The translations under genes and the position numbers were made by a program. The notes beneath the pieces are model-generated. The model searched no databases and was not told the DNA's origin. It worked only from the letters and a program-made list of their open reading frames with translations. Below are positions 38,433 to 49,214 of a DNA stretch of 64,000 bases, piece by piece. The first letter of the stretch is position 1. The number at the start of each line of letters is the position of its first letter. Source of the stretch: Candidatus Paceibacter sp. (GTDB lineage: Bacteria; Patescibacteriota; Patescibacteriia; S139-126); assembly GCA_020724865.1 (NCBI GenBank), contig DYGA01000001.1, positions 835-64,834 of the forward strand, written 5' to 3'.

Positions 38433-40862
38433 TTAATCAATAACAACTATATTAACTATCTTTCCAGGCACATAAATTTCTTTTACCACTTTTTTACCGC
38501 TTATATACTTTTTAATACTTTCTTGTTCACGTGCCAATGACAAAACTTCACTTTGTTTAGCATCAATGCTGACTTCTATACTGCCTCGCAATTTACCATT
38601 CACCTGAATAGCAACTGTCACACTATCAGCTTGGACCAAATTTTTATCCCAAGTTGGCCATGGTTGCGTAACCAATAAATCTTTGTTACCTATTTTTTGC
38701 CATAACTCCTCAGTTATATGAGGAGCAAAAGGATTTAAAATAACTAATAAATTATGCAAGCTTTCTTGACTGAATGATTTTTCTTTAGCCATAAAATTAA
38801 CTAATATCATCAAGGCAGAAATAGCCGTGTTAAATTTAATAGCGACAATATCTTCGCTGACCTTCTTAATAGTTTGTTGCACCAACTTTTTCATTTCTTT
38901 GGATTCTACACTTGGTCTATTGTTTTCCAACCATTCAAGTACCACCAACCATAATTTTTCCAAAAATCGACGAGACCCAATTATACTACTAGTAGACCAA
39001 GGTTTGGTATCTTCCAATGGACCCATAAACATTTCGTAAATACGCATAGTATCAGCGCCATATTCTGCTACTACCTCATCAGGATTTATAACATTACCTC
39101 TGGATTTTGACATTTTTTGATTATCTTCACCTAAAATCATACCCTGATTACGCAAACGCAAAAATGGTTCTGAAATTTTTAACCAGCCAAAATCACGCAA
39201 TGCTTTGGTAAAAAATCTAGCATACAATAAATGTAAAACTGCATGTTCTGCACCGCCAATATACAAATCTACCGGCAACCAATAAGCAACCTTTTCTTGA
39301 CTAAATGCTTGCTGTTCATTATGAGGATCACAATAACGCAAAAAATACCAAGATGAACATACAAATGTGTCCATAGTATCAACCTCCCGTCGAACACTTT
39401 GGCCACTAACTCCGCACTTAGGACATTGAACCTGATGAAAAATTTTTGAATATACCAAAGGCGATTGACCTGTAGGTTTAAAATCAACATCCCGAGGAAG
39501 TAAAACTGGCAAATCTTTTTCTGGGACTGGCATCATACCGCAATCATCACAATAAATGATAGGTATCGGCGCTCCCCAATATCTTTGTCTGGAAACCAAC
39601 CAATCACGGAGACGATATTGCGTTGTGATTTTTCCGTTAACTTTTTTGGTAATTTTCTGCTTGGCCGTTTCGCTATCTAAGCCATTAAATTCACCGGAAT
39701 TTATTAAAACACCTTCTGCAGTATACAATTGAATGTTTTTTAAGTCGGTACTCTTATGTGAATTTGGTTTTATAACCTGAATAATTTCTAAATTGTACTT
39801 TTTGGCAAACTCCCAATCTCTTTCATCGTGGGCTGGAACTGCCATTATTGCACCAGTGCCATATGTATTTAAAACATAATCAGCAATAAAAACAGGTATT
39901 TCTTTATTATTGGCCGGATTAATAGCTTTTAAACCTTGTAGTTTTACACCGGTTTTTTCCTTATTTAAACTGATTCTTTCCAAATCAGATTTTTTCTTGG
40001 TTGCTGTAATATATTGGTTTACTTCTGTTTTATTCTCTATTTTAGATTCTAAACTCTGAATTAACTCGTGTTCTGGTGCTAAAACTATATACGTAGCTCC
40101 ATATAAAGTATCGGGCCGAGTAGTAAAAACTTTTATACTTAATACAGAATTTTTTATTTTAAATTCTATCTCTGCCCCAACGGATTTACCAATCCAATTT
40201 TTTTGCGCCAATTTAATATTTTCTGGCCAATCAAGCATATCAAGTCCTGACAACAGTTCTTCCGCATAATCAGTTATTTTGAAAAACCACTGTTCTAAAT
40301 CCTTTTGCCTAACTTCGTTTTGACAACGTTCACATTGCCCATTGATTACTTGTTCATTGGCCAATACTGTCTGACAGTGTTCACACCAATTTACTTTGCC
40401 TTTTTTCTTATAAGCCAAACCATGTTTATACATTTGCAAAAATAACCATTGGGTCCAACGATAATAATTTGGATCAGCTGTACTAATTTCTCTTGACCAA
40501 TCATAGGAAAAACCAAATGATTTTATTTGTCTACGAAAATTATCAATACTTTTGGCAGTAGTTTCCCAAGGCGGAACTCCAACTTTGATAGCATAATTTT
40601 CTGCTGGTAAACCAAATGCATCCCAACCGATGGGATTTAAAACATTATAACCTAAATGACGATGATAACGGGCAATAATATCAACTGCGGTATAACTTTC
40701 TGGATGTCCAACATGCAAACCAGCCGCTGAAGGATAAGGAAACATACAAAGAGCATAATACTTCTTTTGTTTAGTTTGCTCTTGGACTACAAAAACTGAT
40801 TCTTTTTCCCATAGCTGTTGCCATTTGGTTTCTATTTTTTTATGGTCATAATACCTATCCAT
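38433..40862 (-). CDS. leuS: Leucine--tRNA ligase
   Basis: MFPYPS..HVGH, TTRPDT editing domain, GGAEHAVLHLLY, KMSKS. Confidence 0.97.
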   Translation of the reverse strand: MDRYYDHKKIETKWQQLWEKESVFVVQEQTKQKKYYALCMFPYPSAAGLHVGHPESYTAVDIIARYHRHLGYNVLNPIGWDAFGLPAENYAIKVGVPPWETTAKSIDNFRRQIKSFGFSYDWSREISTADPNYYRWTQWLFLQMYKHGLAYKKKGKVNWCEHCQTVLANEQVINGQCERCQNEVRQKDLEQWFFKITDYAEELLSGLDMLDWPENIKLAQKNWIGKSVGAEIEFKIKNSVLSIKVFTTRPDTLYGATYIVLAPEHELIQSLESKIENKTEVNQYITATKKKSDLERISLNKEKTGVKLQGLKAINPANNKEIPVFIADYVLNTYGTGAIMAVPAHDERDWEFAKKYNLEIIQVIKPNSHKSTDLKNIQLYTAEGVLINSGEFNGLDSETAKQKITKKVNGKITTQYRLRDWLVSRQRYWGAPIPIIYCDDCGMMPVPEKDLPVLLPRDVDFKPTGQSPLVYSKIFHQVQCPKCGVSGQSVRREVDTMDTFVCSSWYFLRYCDPHNEQQAFSQEKVAYWLPVDLYIGGAEHAVLHLLYARFFTKALRDFGWLKISEPFLRLRNQGMILGEDNQKMSKSRGNVINPDEVVAEYGADTMRIYEMFMGPLEDTKPWSTSSIIGSRRFLEKLWLVVLEWLENNRPSVESKEMKKLVQQTIKKVSEDIVAIKFNTAISALMILVNFMAKEKSFSQESLHNLLVILNPFAPHITEELWQKIGNKDLLVTQPWPTWDKNLVQADSVTVAIQVNGKLRGSIEVSIDAKQSEVLSLAREQESIKKYISGKKVVKEIYVPGKIVNIVVID

Positions 40863-41122
40863 TTGTTATATGGTTATATAAAACAACTTCACTCTAGCAT
40901 TCGCCAACTATTTTTTCAACATATTACCATTGACCAAAAAATCTAAATAACTTATGATTGATGTTGATCACTAAAATATTAACACAGCTTCAGGGATATT
41001 ATTTTTATAGTTTATTTATCAAGCACTGGTTGCGTTTAATAATATGTCTGAAAATGTGATTTGGGGCATAATATATACCTCAACCAATCAAAAATATATT
41101 AATTATAGTCTCGGCTAAAACC

Positions 41123-42421
41123 TTGAAAATTTTTTCTTGGTTATTAAAAATTCTTATTTGGCTATACAAAAAATTATTACACAAACCAATTGCTTGGTTT
41201 GGTATTTTTTTATGGCGCAATATTATTATCAATATTTATAAAGCTTACGTTTCTTTGAAACGTCAAATAATAAAACTATTAGAAAGACACAATAATATCT
41301 TAGCGATTTTTCTGAATAAAAAATTAATTACCCCAATAATAATATTATTAATGACCCTAGCAGTGGTTACCAATAATATTGCCGCCAAAGAAACTAATCG
41401 AGAAGATTTTGGCAGACAAAGTATTTTATTTAGTTTAGTAAAAGATGAATTTGGTGGCCATGAAATAATTGAAGATAAACAACTACCACAAATAAATACG
41501 GAAGTTGCCAATCAAGAACTAATGGCCTTATCAGCTAATAATTTAGGTATTAACCAAGAAACTGAGGACAATAATTTGGCTATTACTCAAGGCGGTGCAT
41601 TGGTACAACAAAATATTATTGCTGCTGATCAAATGCGTACCCGTACTGAAGTTGAAGATTATATAGTCCAACCGGGCGATACTGCTTCTTCTATTGCTGC
41701 TGCCTATGGTCTGTCAGTCACTTCAATACTGTGGGCTAATAATTTAAATAACTATTCAATTATTAAACCTGGGCAAACTTTAAAAATACCTCCTCAGGAT
41801 GGAGTTATATATACTATTGCTAAAAATGATACTATTCAAAAAATTGCCGAAACTTACCAAGCTGACGAATTAAGTATTCTTGATGCTAATCCAGAACTAA
41901 ACCCCAACTCCCTAACAGTCGGCAAAACAATATTTATTCCTAACGGAGTAAAACCAGCCCCCAAACCAACTATTCAAACTAAACCTAATACCGCTGTGGC
42001 TATTAGAACAATTTTATCTCCCAATACTCCAGTACCCGAAGCGGCCACCAATTTAGATCTGGAAAATAAACTACTCTGGCCGGCTAAATCTAGACGAATA
42101 AATCAGTACTTCAGCTGGCGTCACACTGGACTTGATATTGATGGCGACACCGGAGATCCAGCTTATGCTCCAGAATCGGGTAAAGTGGAAAGAGCGGGTT
42201 GGAGCAATGGCTATGGTTATAATGTAATTATCAATCATGGCAATGGTATCAAAACATTGATGGGACATTTTTCTAAAATTTTGGTTAAAGTTGGCGACAC
42301 GGTTGAACGCGGAGATGTAGTTGCTTTGATAGGTTCAACCGGTTGGTCAACTGGTCCTCATATTCACTTTGAAGTTATAGTCAACGGAAAAAAAGTCAAT
42401 CCTTTTACTTATACTAAATAA
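41123..42421 (+). CDS. LysM-domain M23 family peptidase
   Basis: Two LysM (YIVQPGDT; YTIAKNDT), HTGLDI, STGPHIHFE. Confidence 0.9.
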   Translation: MKIFSWLLKILIWLYKKLLHKPIAWFGIFLWRNIIINIYKAYVSLKRQIIKLLERHNNILAIFLNKKLITPIIILLMTLAVVTNNIAAKETNREDFGRQSILFSLVKDEFGGHEIIEDKQLPQINTEVANQELMALSANNLGINQETEDNNLAITQGGALVQQNIIAADQMRTRTEVEDYIVQPGDTASSIAAAYGLSVTSILWANNLNNYSIIKPGQTLKIPPQDGVIYTIAKNDTIQKIAETYQADELSILDANPELNPNSLTVGKTIFIPNGVKPAPKPTIQTKPNTAVAIRTILSPNTPVPEAATNLDLENKLLWPAKSRRINQYFSWRHTGLDIDGDTGDPAYAPESGKVERAGWSNGYGYNVIINHGNGIKTLMGHFSKILVKVGDTVERGDVVALIGSTGWSTGPHIHFEVIVNGKKVNPFTYTK

Positions 42422-42460
42422 TGTATATTACCGAGAATATAAATAATTCTAGACTCTAAT

Positions 42461-43990
42461 CTACATTTGTCTTAAACTAGGCCGATATTGGATACTTTCA
42501 GCTACATGAGGTAAATCCACTTTTTCTGAGCCTGCTAGATCAGCAATAGTTCTGGCCAATTTTAATAGTCGATGGTAAGATCTGGCAGACAAATTCATTT
42601 GGTGCACGGCATTTTTTAAAATTTCTTTAGCTGGTTCAGACAATTGACAATATGTTTCTATCTCCTTAATACCCATTTCCGAATTGGTAAATATCTTTTT
42701 ACCACTAAAACGTTCCATTTGTTTTTGTCTGGCCGCCTTAATACGTGTCAAAATTTTTTCTGATGATTCGGCTGTTTGAGTACTGGTTAATTTTTCATAT
42801 TCCACTCTAGGAACTTCAATATGCAAATCAATGCGATCAAGCAGTGGTCCAGAAATTTTCTTTTGATAATTTAACATTTGGGCTGGACTGCAAATACAAT
42901 GTTTAACTGGATCACCGTAAAAACCGCACGGACAAGGATTCATCGCCGCCACCAACATAAATTTAGCTGGAAATTGTACAGTGCCATGAGCTCTAGACAC
43001 GGTTACAAAACCATCTTCTAAAGGTTGTCTTAATGAATCCAAAACATTTCTAGGAAACTCTGGAAACTCATCTAAAAACAAAACGCCTCGATGAGCTAAA
43101 CTTATCTCACCGGGTTTGATATTAGTACCGCCGCCTACCAACGCAACCGAAGATGAAGTATGATGTGGTGAACGAAAAACTCTGTGTTTAATTAAAGGAT
43201 AATCAGCGGTCAATAAACCAGCTACCGAATAAATTTTGGTTACCTCTAAACTTTCAGCTAAATTCATTGGAGGTAAAATTCCCACCAAAGCCCTAGCTAA
43301 TAAAGTCTTTCCAGACCCTGGCGGTCCGGATAATAAAATGTTGTGGCCGCCAGCAGCGGCAATTTCTAAAGCCCTTTTAACCGATTCTTGCCCTTTAATT
43401 TCAGCAAAATCAACCGCTGTTACTTTCTCAGCAAAAAGTGGTTTAATATTTTGCTGAAAAGGTGTTATCTTTATTTCCTCTGCTAAAAATTGCACTACTT
43501 GACGCAAATTCTCCACTCCATAAATTTCCACTCCTTCCACTAAACTAGCTTCAGCTTGGCTGGCGGCAGGAACAATAAATTTACTAATACCTTTTTCCTG
43601 ACAACTTATAACCATAGGTAAAATACCAGCCACTGGACGTAATGAACCGTCCAAAGACAGTTCCCCGCAAATCATAAAATGCTGTAAATTTTTTTGTACC
43701 TGACACTGACCAGAGGCACGAAGCAAAGCCAAGGCAATGGGCAAATCAAAACTTGGCCCTTGTTTTTTTATATCAGCTGGCGCTAAATTGACGGCAATTC
43801 GCGCTGGAGGAAATTTAAAACCAGAATTCTTTATTGCACTTCTAATTCTTTCACGAGACTCTTGTACAGCTGCATCAGGCAAACCAACAATAATAAAAGA
43901 AGGTAAAGCCGTAGGAGTTATATCAGCTTCAACTTCTACCAAAACACCATCTAAACCCAACAAAGATGCTGAAAGTAAATTGACTGACAT
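42461..43990 (-). CDS. comM: ComM/YifB Mg-chelatase-like AAA helicase
   Basis: IVGLPDAAVQESRER, GPPGSGKT, SPHHTSS, AMNPCPCG, ISGPLLDRID. Confidence 0.95.
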   Translation of the reverse strand: MSVNLLSASLLGLDGVLVEVEADITPTALPSFIIVGLPDAAVQESRERIRSAIKNSGFKFPPARIAVNLAPADIKKQGPSFDLPIALALLRASGQCQVQKNLQHFMICGELSLDGSLRPVAGILPMVISCQEKGISKFIVPAASQAEASLVEGVEIYGVENLRQVVQFLAEEIKITPFQQNIKPLFAEKVTAVDFAEIKGQESVKRALEIAAAGGHNILLSGPPGSGKTLLARALVGILPPMNLAESLEVTKIYSVAGLLTADYPLIKHRVFRSPHHTSSSVALVGGGTNIKPGEISLAHRGVLFLDEFPEFPRNVLDSLRQPLEDGFVTVSRAHGTVQFPAKFMLVAAMNPCPCGFYGDPVKHCICSPAQMLNYQKKISGPLLDRIDLHIEVPRVEYEKLTSTQTAESSEKILTRIKAARQKQMERFSGKKIFTNSEMGIKEIETYCQLSEPAKEILKNAVHQMNLSARSYHRLLKLARTIADLAGSEKVDLPHVAESIQYRPSLRQM

Positions 43991-44437
43991 CTAATTATAA
44001 TCTTTTTTGTAATTTAAATACATTAAAGTCATCACACCAACTACTATGTAAATATCGGCTAAATTAAATACCGGCCAATACCATATAGATAAATAATCCA
44101 CTACTCCCTGATAAAAAATTCTATCAAATAAATTACTATAACCACCAATAATTATTAAAGCCAACCAAAAAATAAAATTAAATCTTTTTTTCTGCCACCA
44201 ATAATATCCAAATAAAAAAAGAGTTAACCAACCAATAAATACAAAAATTAACCACCAAAATTTGGTGGGCAGAATACCAAAAAAAAATTTGTCATTAAGC
44301 CATAATTGCCAACTGAACCAAGGATTAGAAAAAAAAACTTTATCTGGATTTTGTAAAGCTAAATGTTTAAAAAATCTATCAACAATAAATAAACAAAAAA
44401 TAAATATCGATGATAGATATATTTTTTTTCTCCTCAT
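43991..44437 (-). CDS. lspA: Signal peptidase II
   Basis: GG.SNLFDRI...VVDY...WPVFNLAD. Confidence 0.85.
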   Translation of the reverse strand: MRRKKIYLSSIFIFCLFIVDRFFKHLALQNPDKVFFSNPWFSWQLWLNDKFFFGILPTKFWWLIFVFIGWLTLFLFGYYWWQKKRFNFIFWLALIIIGGYSNLFDRIFYQGVVDYLSIWYWPVFNLADIYIVVGVMTLMYLNYKKDYN

Positions 44438-44448
44438 TAAATAAAAAA

Positions 44449-44811
44449 CTAAGATTTATCAGCCTGACATTTCATGCAAAAATTTGCCGCTGGATAAACT
44501 TTTAATCTTTCAATTTGAATTTCCTTACCACATTGTTCACACAATCCATAAGTACCATTGTCTATTTTCGCTAAGGCTTTGACTGTAGATTGCAGTAAGC
44601 TTTCTAAATTTTTTTCAATACCCAAACGAGAAGAATAAGTATCAACTTCAGCCGCATTTGAATCTATATCATCGCCCCAATTGGGGAAGCGTGAATCAAA
44701 GTCATTGGCAACTTCTTCTTTTTTATCAGCAATTGAAAGTAACTCATTTTCCAGACGTTCTTTTTCTTTAAGTAATTTATCTTTAATTTGTTTTAATAAA
44801 TCTTTATCCAT
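44449..44811 (-). CDS. TraR/DksA C4 zinc-finger protein
   Basis: ALAKIDNGTYGLCEQC-x17-CMKC; acidic tip GDDIDSNA. Confidence 0.88.
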   Translation of the reverse strand: MDKDLLKQIKDKLLKEKERLENELLSIADKKEEVANDFDSRFPNWGDDIDSNAAEVDTYSSRLGIEKNLESLLQSTVKALAKIDNGTYGLCEQCGKEIQIERLKVYPAANFCMKCQADKS

Positions 44812-44923
44812 AAAAAAATAAAAAAACTCTCCGTATAGATTATATCAAATTTATAAAACTATGGCTATCTAATAATTATCTATTGACAAAATTATAAATT
44901 TATGTTTTAATATGTTAATAATA

Positions 44924-45263
44924 CAAAAAAGACGCCGGGGTTACCGGCGCCCTATTATATTTAAAAATATTTAATGGCTGAGTAACTCCGGCGTTTATTG
45001 CCATTTTTTGAACAAATTTTCACTTAAATTATTAAGTAAATATTTGTATTTTCGTTAAAATGGCATTTTACGCCTGTTCCGACTTTAGGCAATTTAACTT
45101 CCTAACCTTAGTGGGTTATCCTTTTCTTTTGTAGAAAATGGGCCCTTTTTCAAATTTTGTTTTTGTTTTGTCTTATGGTCGGGTCATAAGATCCGGTTAG
45201 GGAGAAAAAATTATTCCAAAATAATTTAAATTTGGAATAATTTTCTGGAAATGAACTTACTAC
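44924..45263 (-). ncRNA. Candidate ~340 nt structured non-coding RNA
   Basis: Minus-strand TTGACT-17-TATAAT with TG extension (45270-45298), several stems, GC hairpin + U6 at ~44925-44951, no substantial ORF seen. Confidence 0.5.
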
Positions 45264-45452
45264 ATTTTTATTATATCACCAATTTTAAAAAAAGTCAATA
45301 TCAAACAATATGTTTTTTTATGTAAAATTAGCTAAAAAAATAAATATGTTTGTAATTAACTAAAATTAAATACAAAATTTGAACACATATATTGTTCAAA
45401 TTCTGTATTTTTATCAACAATTTATCCACAAAATTATAAATTTACTGATTTT

Positions 45453-46793
45453 TTAATAACAAAATCTATATTTTACCTGGTTTTTATTAACCCAATAACT
45501 TAAACTTAGTAGTTTATTATTGAATTTAAAAGAGTAATTTGCCGTTGGATTATTCTGGCAAATAGAATTTATTTTTTGGTGGCCTTGAACTTTAGTAATT
45601 AAACGATTTAATAGTTTTAAATCATTACCCAAAATATATCTATTATTTAACAAAGTATAAAAAACATAATCATGGGGAGTAAAATATATTATTTTAATAT
45701 TTTGTCCTGATAAATTATAATTTTGCCAATTTACTGGTTGTTCTGAAGCAACTATCTCTTTGATAATGGTTTTATCTGGTAGAGTTATTTCTTTTATTTG
45801 CGGTTGAAAATAACCTAACATTTTTGCCATTATTTTATTTATTATTTGAAAAAAATTGTCATCTATGGGTAAACTCAACAACCACGGAGAAATTTGTTTA
45901 TTTTCCGTATGATCTGTAGAGATGACCAAATCATAAAAACTATTTGCTTGCAATAGTTCTTGCTCAATATCTATTCCGGTAATAGCCGATAATTGTTTAA
46001 ATTTTTTATACCATTCCTGTGATTGATTTTGTTGCCACGCCCAAATAAATTCTTCTGCGTTTAAATGATAAAAAAGCCAATTTTCACCATAAAAAGTAGT
46101 TAACCACTGCCTATCTTTATTATCTACCAGAGATACATAATTGTTTTCCAATGAAACTATTTCTAAATAATTATCATATATTTCCCAGCGCCAACTTCCA
46201 ACTAAATTAAACAAATTGAATTCTTTTGCTAAATTGTTGAAGTTAACATAACCATAAGGGGCGTTAATTGGTCGGGAAAAATTTGGCCAAACCTTTGTCA
46301 ATAAAGACCCTCCTGCAGAGATATTATTAAAAAATTTATTTTTTATTTCATCAGCTTGATTGCTGACAATTAACAAATTGCCGCTAGTAGCCGCTGATAA
46401 ACCGTTAGCTAATACTGGCAATGTTTGTTCAGGCCAATAAATCAACCAACCAAAATAATTTTTATTTTCCGAAGAGAAAACTACATAGGCATATTCTGAC
46501 TGGGAAAAACTAGAAATTTGTTTTTCCTGGCTAAAAAAATCTGGCTTGGCATTATACAAATTTTCTTTTAATTCCGACGGCAGTGCTTGCCAATTTTTAT
46601 CATTACTTAAAGAATTTGGAAAATGAGCATAAAAACCTATACTCTCTACTGACAAATTGTTTATTATATTATCTGGACTGTCCAACCATTCTTCATAAAT
46701 AACACTTATCAATCCAAAGACAACTAATATTGCTATTAGTATGCCGTAAAACCAATAACGACGTTTTACTTGAGGAAAAAAATTCTTTAACAT
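45453..46793 (-). CDS. Membrane-anchored hypothetical protein
   Basis: N-terminal TM, 446 aa; LPDKTIIKEI motif. Confidence 0.6.
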   Translation of the reverse strand: MLKNFFPQVKRRYWFYGILIAILVVFGLISVIYEEWLDSPDNIINNLSVESIGFYAHFPNSLSNDKNWQALPSELKENLYNAKPDFFSQEKQISSFSQSEYAYVVFSSENKNYFGWLIYWPEQTLPVLANGLSAATSGNLLIVSNQADEIKNKFFNNISAGGSLLTKVWPNFSRPINAPYGYVNFNNLAKEFNLFNLVGSWRWEIYDNYLEIVSLENNYVSLVDNKDRQWLTTFYGENWLFYHLNAEEFIWAWQQNQSQEWYKKFKQLSAITGIDIEQELLQANSFYDLVISTDHTENKQISPWLLSLPIDDNFFQIINKIMAKMLGYFQPQIKEITLPDKTIIKEIVASEQPVNWQNYNLSGQNIKIIYFTPHDYVFYTLLNNRYILGNDLKLLNRLITKVQGHQKINSICQNNPTANYSFKFNNKLLSLSYWVNKNQVKYRFCY

Positions 46794-46809
46794 AACCTAA
46801 TTATAACAA

Positions 46810-46840
46810 AAAACTGCTTATTTTATCATAAGCAGTTTTA
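46810..46840 (-). terminator. Terminator after pnp
   Basis: aaaactgctta/taagcagtttt. Confidence 0.65.
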
Positions 46841-46857
46841 TTTAAAGTGTATTTTAG

Positions 46858-49062
46858 TTAGTAATGATTATTTGGTCGATGATTATTTTTATGATGTGAA
46901 CGATTGGGACGATTAGAACGTGGCGATGATTCAATAAAACTATCTGGTTTTGGTAATAAAACTTTACGCGACAAATTAATTCTACCAAGATTATCTATTT
47001 CAATTACTTTAACCTTTACACTATCACCAACTTTTAACACGTCTTCAACCTTATTAACCCGACGCCAATCTAATTCACTAATATGTATCATACCTTCCTT
47101 ACCAGGTAAAATCTGAACAAAAGCGCCAAAATCCATCAATCTAGTTACTGTGCCTTCAAAAATTTCACCAACTTCAACTTCACGAACAATATTCTGTATC
47201 CATTGCACAGCTTTTTTAACCTGATCAGGATTTGTGCCAGTTACCAATACCGTGCCATCTTGTTCAATATCAATGGTTGTACCTGTTTTATCAATAATTT
47301 CATTGATTACTTTGCCACCCGTGCCAATGACATCTCTGATTTTATCAACGTTAATTTTAATTGACTCAATACGCGGCGCGTATGGAGATAATTCGCTTCT
47401 GGGTGCAGGTAAAACCTCAAGCATAGCGGCGAGTATTTTTTCTCTGGCGATTTTGGCGGCCATTATAGCTTCCCGACAAACTTTATAACTTATACCTCCC
47501 AACTTTATATCAACCTGAATAGCAGTAATACCTTTGGCACTCCCAGCTACTTTAAAATCCATATCACCAGCATGATCTTCTACACCTTGAATATCAGTTA
47601 AAATTCGATAATCATTTTTATCTTTGGGATTGGACATCATGCCAATGGCAATACCGGCCACAGGGGCAATAATAGGGACACCAGCATCCATCAAAGCTAA
47701 AGTTGACCCACAAACTGAGGCCTGGGAAGACGAACCATTTGATGACAAAACTTCGGATACTACTCTAATCGTATAAGGAAATATCTCTTTATCAGGTATA
47801 ACTGGCTCTAAAGCTTTTTCAGCCAAAGCGCCATGACCAATTTCTCTTCTACCTGGACCTCGCATGGGTGATACTTCTCCAACACTAAAGGGAGGAAAAT
47901 TATAATGATGCATGTAACGTTTTTTACCTTCGACTTCCATAGTATCCAGCAACTGTTCATCCCCGGGAGCACCCAATGTAACCACTGACAATACTTGAGT
48001 TTCTCCTCTAGTAAATAAGCCGCTGCCATGCGTACGAGGAAGTAATCCTACCTCTATCTGCAATGGTCTAATTTCATCCAAAGCCCGTCCGTCAACTCTT
48101 TTATTTGTTTTCAAAACAAAATCACGAGCTGCTTCTTCTAAATAAAGAGAAAATTTAGCCAAAGCTTTAGCGCGCATCTCTTTACTCACTTCATTATCCG
48201 CCTTTAGTAATTCATTAAGCTCTTGTTCCAGAGTAACAACTTTCTGCCGATAATCATTTTTTGACTGATAAGGGAATAAAGAATCAATTTTTATATTGGC
48301 AAAAAATTCTTTTACCTTACTGTCAATAACTTCTGCTTCGTTTTTTGCTTCCTCACTAAGAACTGGCTCTTCGTCTTTTGGTATTCCAATAGCTTGCCTT
48401 AATTCTTGAAGAAAGGGAAAAAGATTTTTTAAATGTTTATGACCAAACTCTAAAGCTGCTACCATATCGGCTTCTGAAATTTGTTTGGCGCCAGCTTCAA
48501 TCATTACTGCTTCTTGTTCAGTGCCAACTAATACCAAATCTAAATCAGATTTTTCTCTAGCTGAATAAGTTGGATTTAATACCCACTCATTATTTATCCT
48601 TCCAACTCTAACTGCCGAAACTGGGCCTGCCCAGGGAACGCTGGAGATATGTAAAGCGATTGAAGCTGCTAATAACGAGGGTAAATCTGGATCATTTTCA
48701 TTATCAACTGATAAAACTGTTAATACCACTTGTACATCCTTTCTTTCGGTTTCTTTGAATAAAGGCCTGATTGATCTGTCAATCAATCGAGCAGTCAGAA
48801 TTGCTTCATCTGATGCCCTACCTTCACGTTTAATAAAACGTGAACCCTTAATTTTTCCTGCAGCGTACATTTTTTCCTCATAATCAACCATTAAAGGGAA
48901 ATAATCTACACCTTCGCGAGGTTGTGCGCCTCTAACTACAGTAGCTAATACTACTGTGTCACCGTACCTAACGGTACATGAACCATGAGCTTGACCAGCT
49001 AATTTACCAACTTCAACATGTAAATTACGACCAGCCCACTCGGTATCAAAATGTCGATACAT
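46858..49062 (-). CDS. pnp: Polyribonucleotide nucleotidyltransferase (probable start MYRHF at 49062)
   Basis: Two RNase PH domains (FPLMVDYEE; RREIGHG; GDMDFKVAG), KH, S1. Confidence 0.97.
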   Translation of the reverse strand: MYRHFDTEWAGRNLHVEVGKLAGQAHGSCTVRYGDTVVLATVVRGAQPREGVDYFPLMVDYEEKMYAAGKIKGSRFIKREGRASDEAILTARLIDRSIRPLFKETERKDVQVVLTVLSVDNENDPDLPSLLAASIALHISSVPWAGPVSAVRVGRINNEWVLNPTYSAREKSDLDLVLVGTEQEAVMIEAGAKQISEADMVAALEFGHKHLKNLFPFLQELRQAIGIPKDEEPVLSEEAKNEAEVIDSKVKEFFANIKIDSLFPYQSKNDYRQKVVTLEQELNELLKADNEVSKEMRAKALAKFSLYLEEAARDFVLKTNKRVDGRALDEIRPLQIEVGLLPRTHGSGLFTRGETQVLSVVTLGAPGDEQLLDTMEVEGKKRYMHHYNFPPFSVGEVSPMRGPGRREIGHGALAEKALEPVIPDKEIFPYTIRVVSEVLSSNGSSSQASVCGSTLALMDAGVPIIAPVAGIAIGMMSNPKDKNDYRILTDIQGVEDHAGDMDFKVAGSAKGITAIQVDIKLGGISYKVCREAIMAAKIAREKILAAMLEVLPAPRSELSPYAPRIESIKINVDKIRDVIGTGGKVINEIIDKTGTTIDIEQDGTVLVTGTNPDQVKKAVQWIQNIVREVEVGEIFEGTVTRLMDFGAFVQILPGKEGMIHISELDWRRVNKVEDVLKVGDSVKVKVIEIDNLGRINLSRKVLLPKPDSFIESSPRSNRPNRSHHKNNHRPNNHY

Positions 49063-49095
49063 AAATTTGCCTTTCTTTACGACAAAATCAATCAA

Positions 49096-49178
49096 TTTTA
49101 GGCCAAATAATGAGTTATTTGAACTATTCTGAAAAAAAATAATTTCCAAAATACTTCAAATAACCTCTCTGCCTAAAA
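49096..49178 (-). promoter_or_regulatory. Long stem in pnp 5' leader
   Basis: ttttaggc/gcctaaaa and gttatttgaa/ttcaaataac nested arms. Confidence 0.55.
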
Positions 49179-49214
49179 CTTAATTAATTATGTCTTCTTA
49201 TTAATTTTTAAAAA

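Noticed and set aside
42411-42438. dif-like core TAA-TGTATA-TTA between convergent genes
   Set aside because: Arms do not match XerC/XerD boxes and no strand-skew switch is evident by eye.
45411-45430. Two DnaA-box-like 9-mers (ttatcaaca, ttatccaca) as oriC
   Set aside because: Only two boxes, no dnaA/dnaN nearby and no visible skew inversion.
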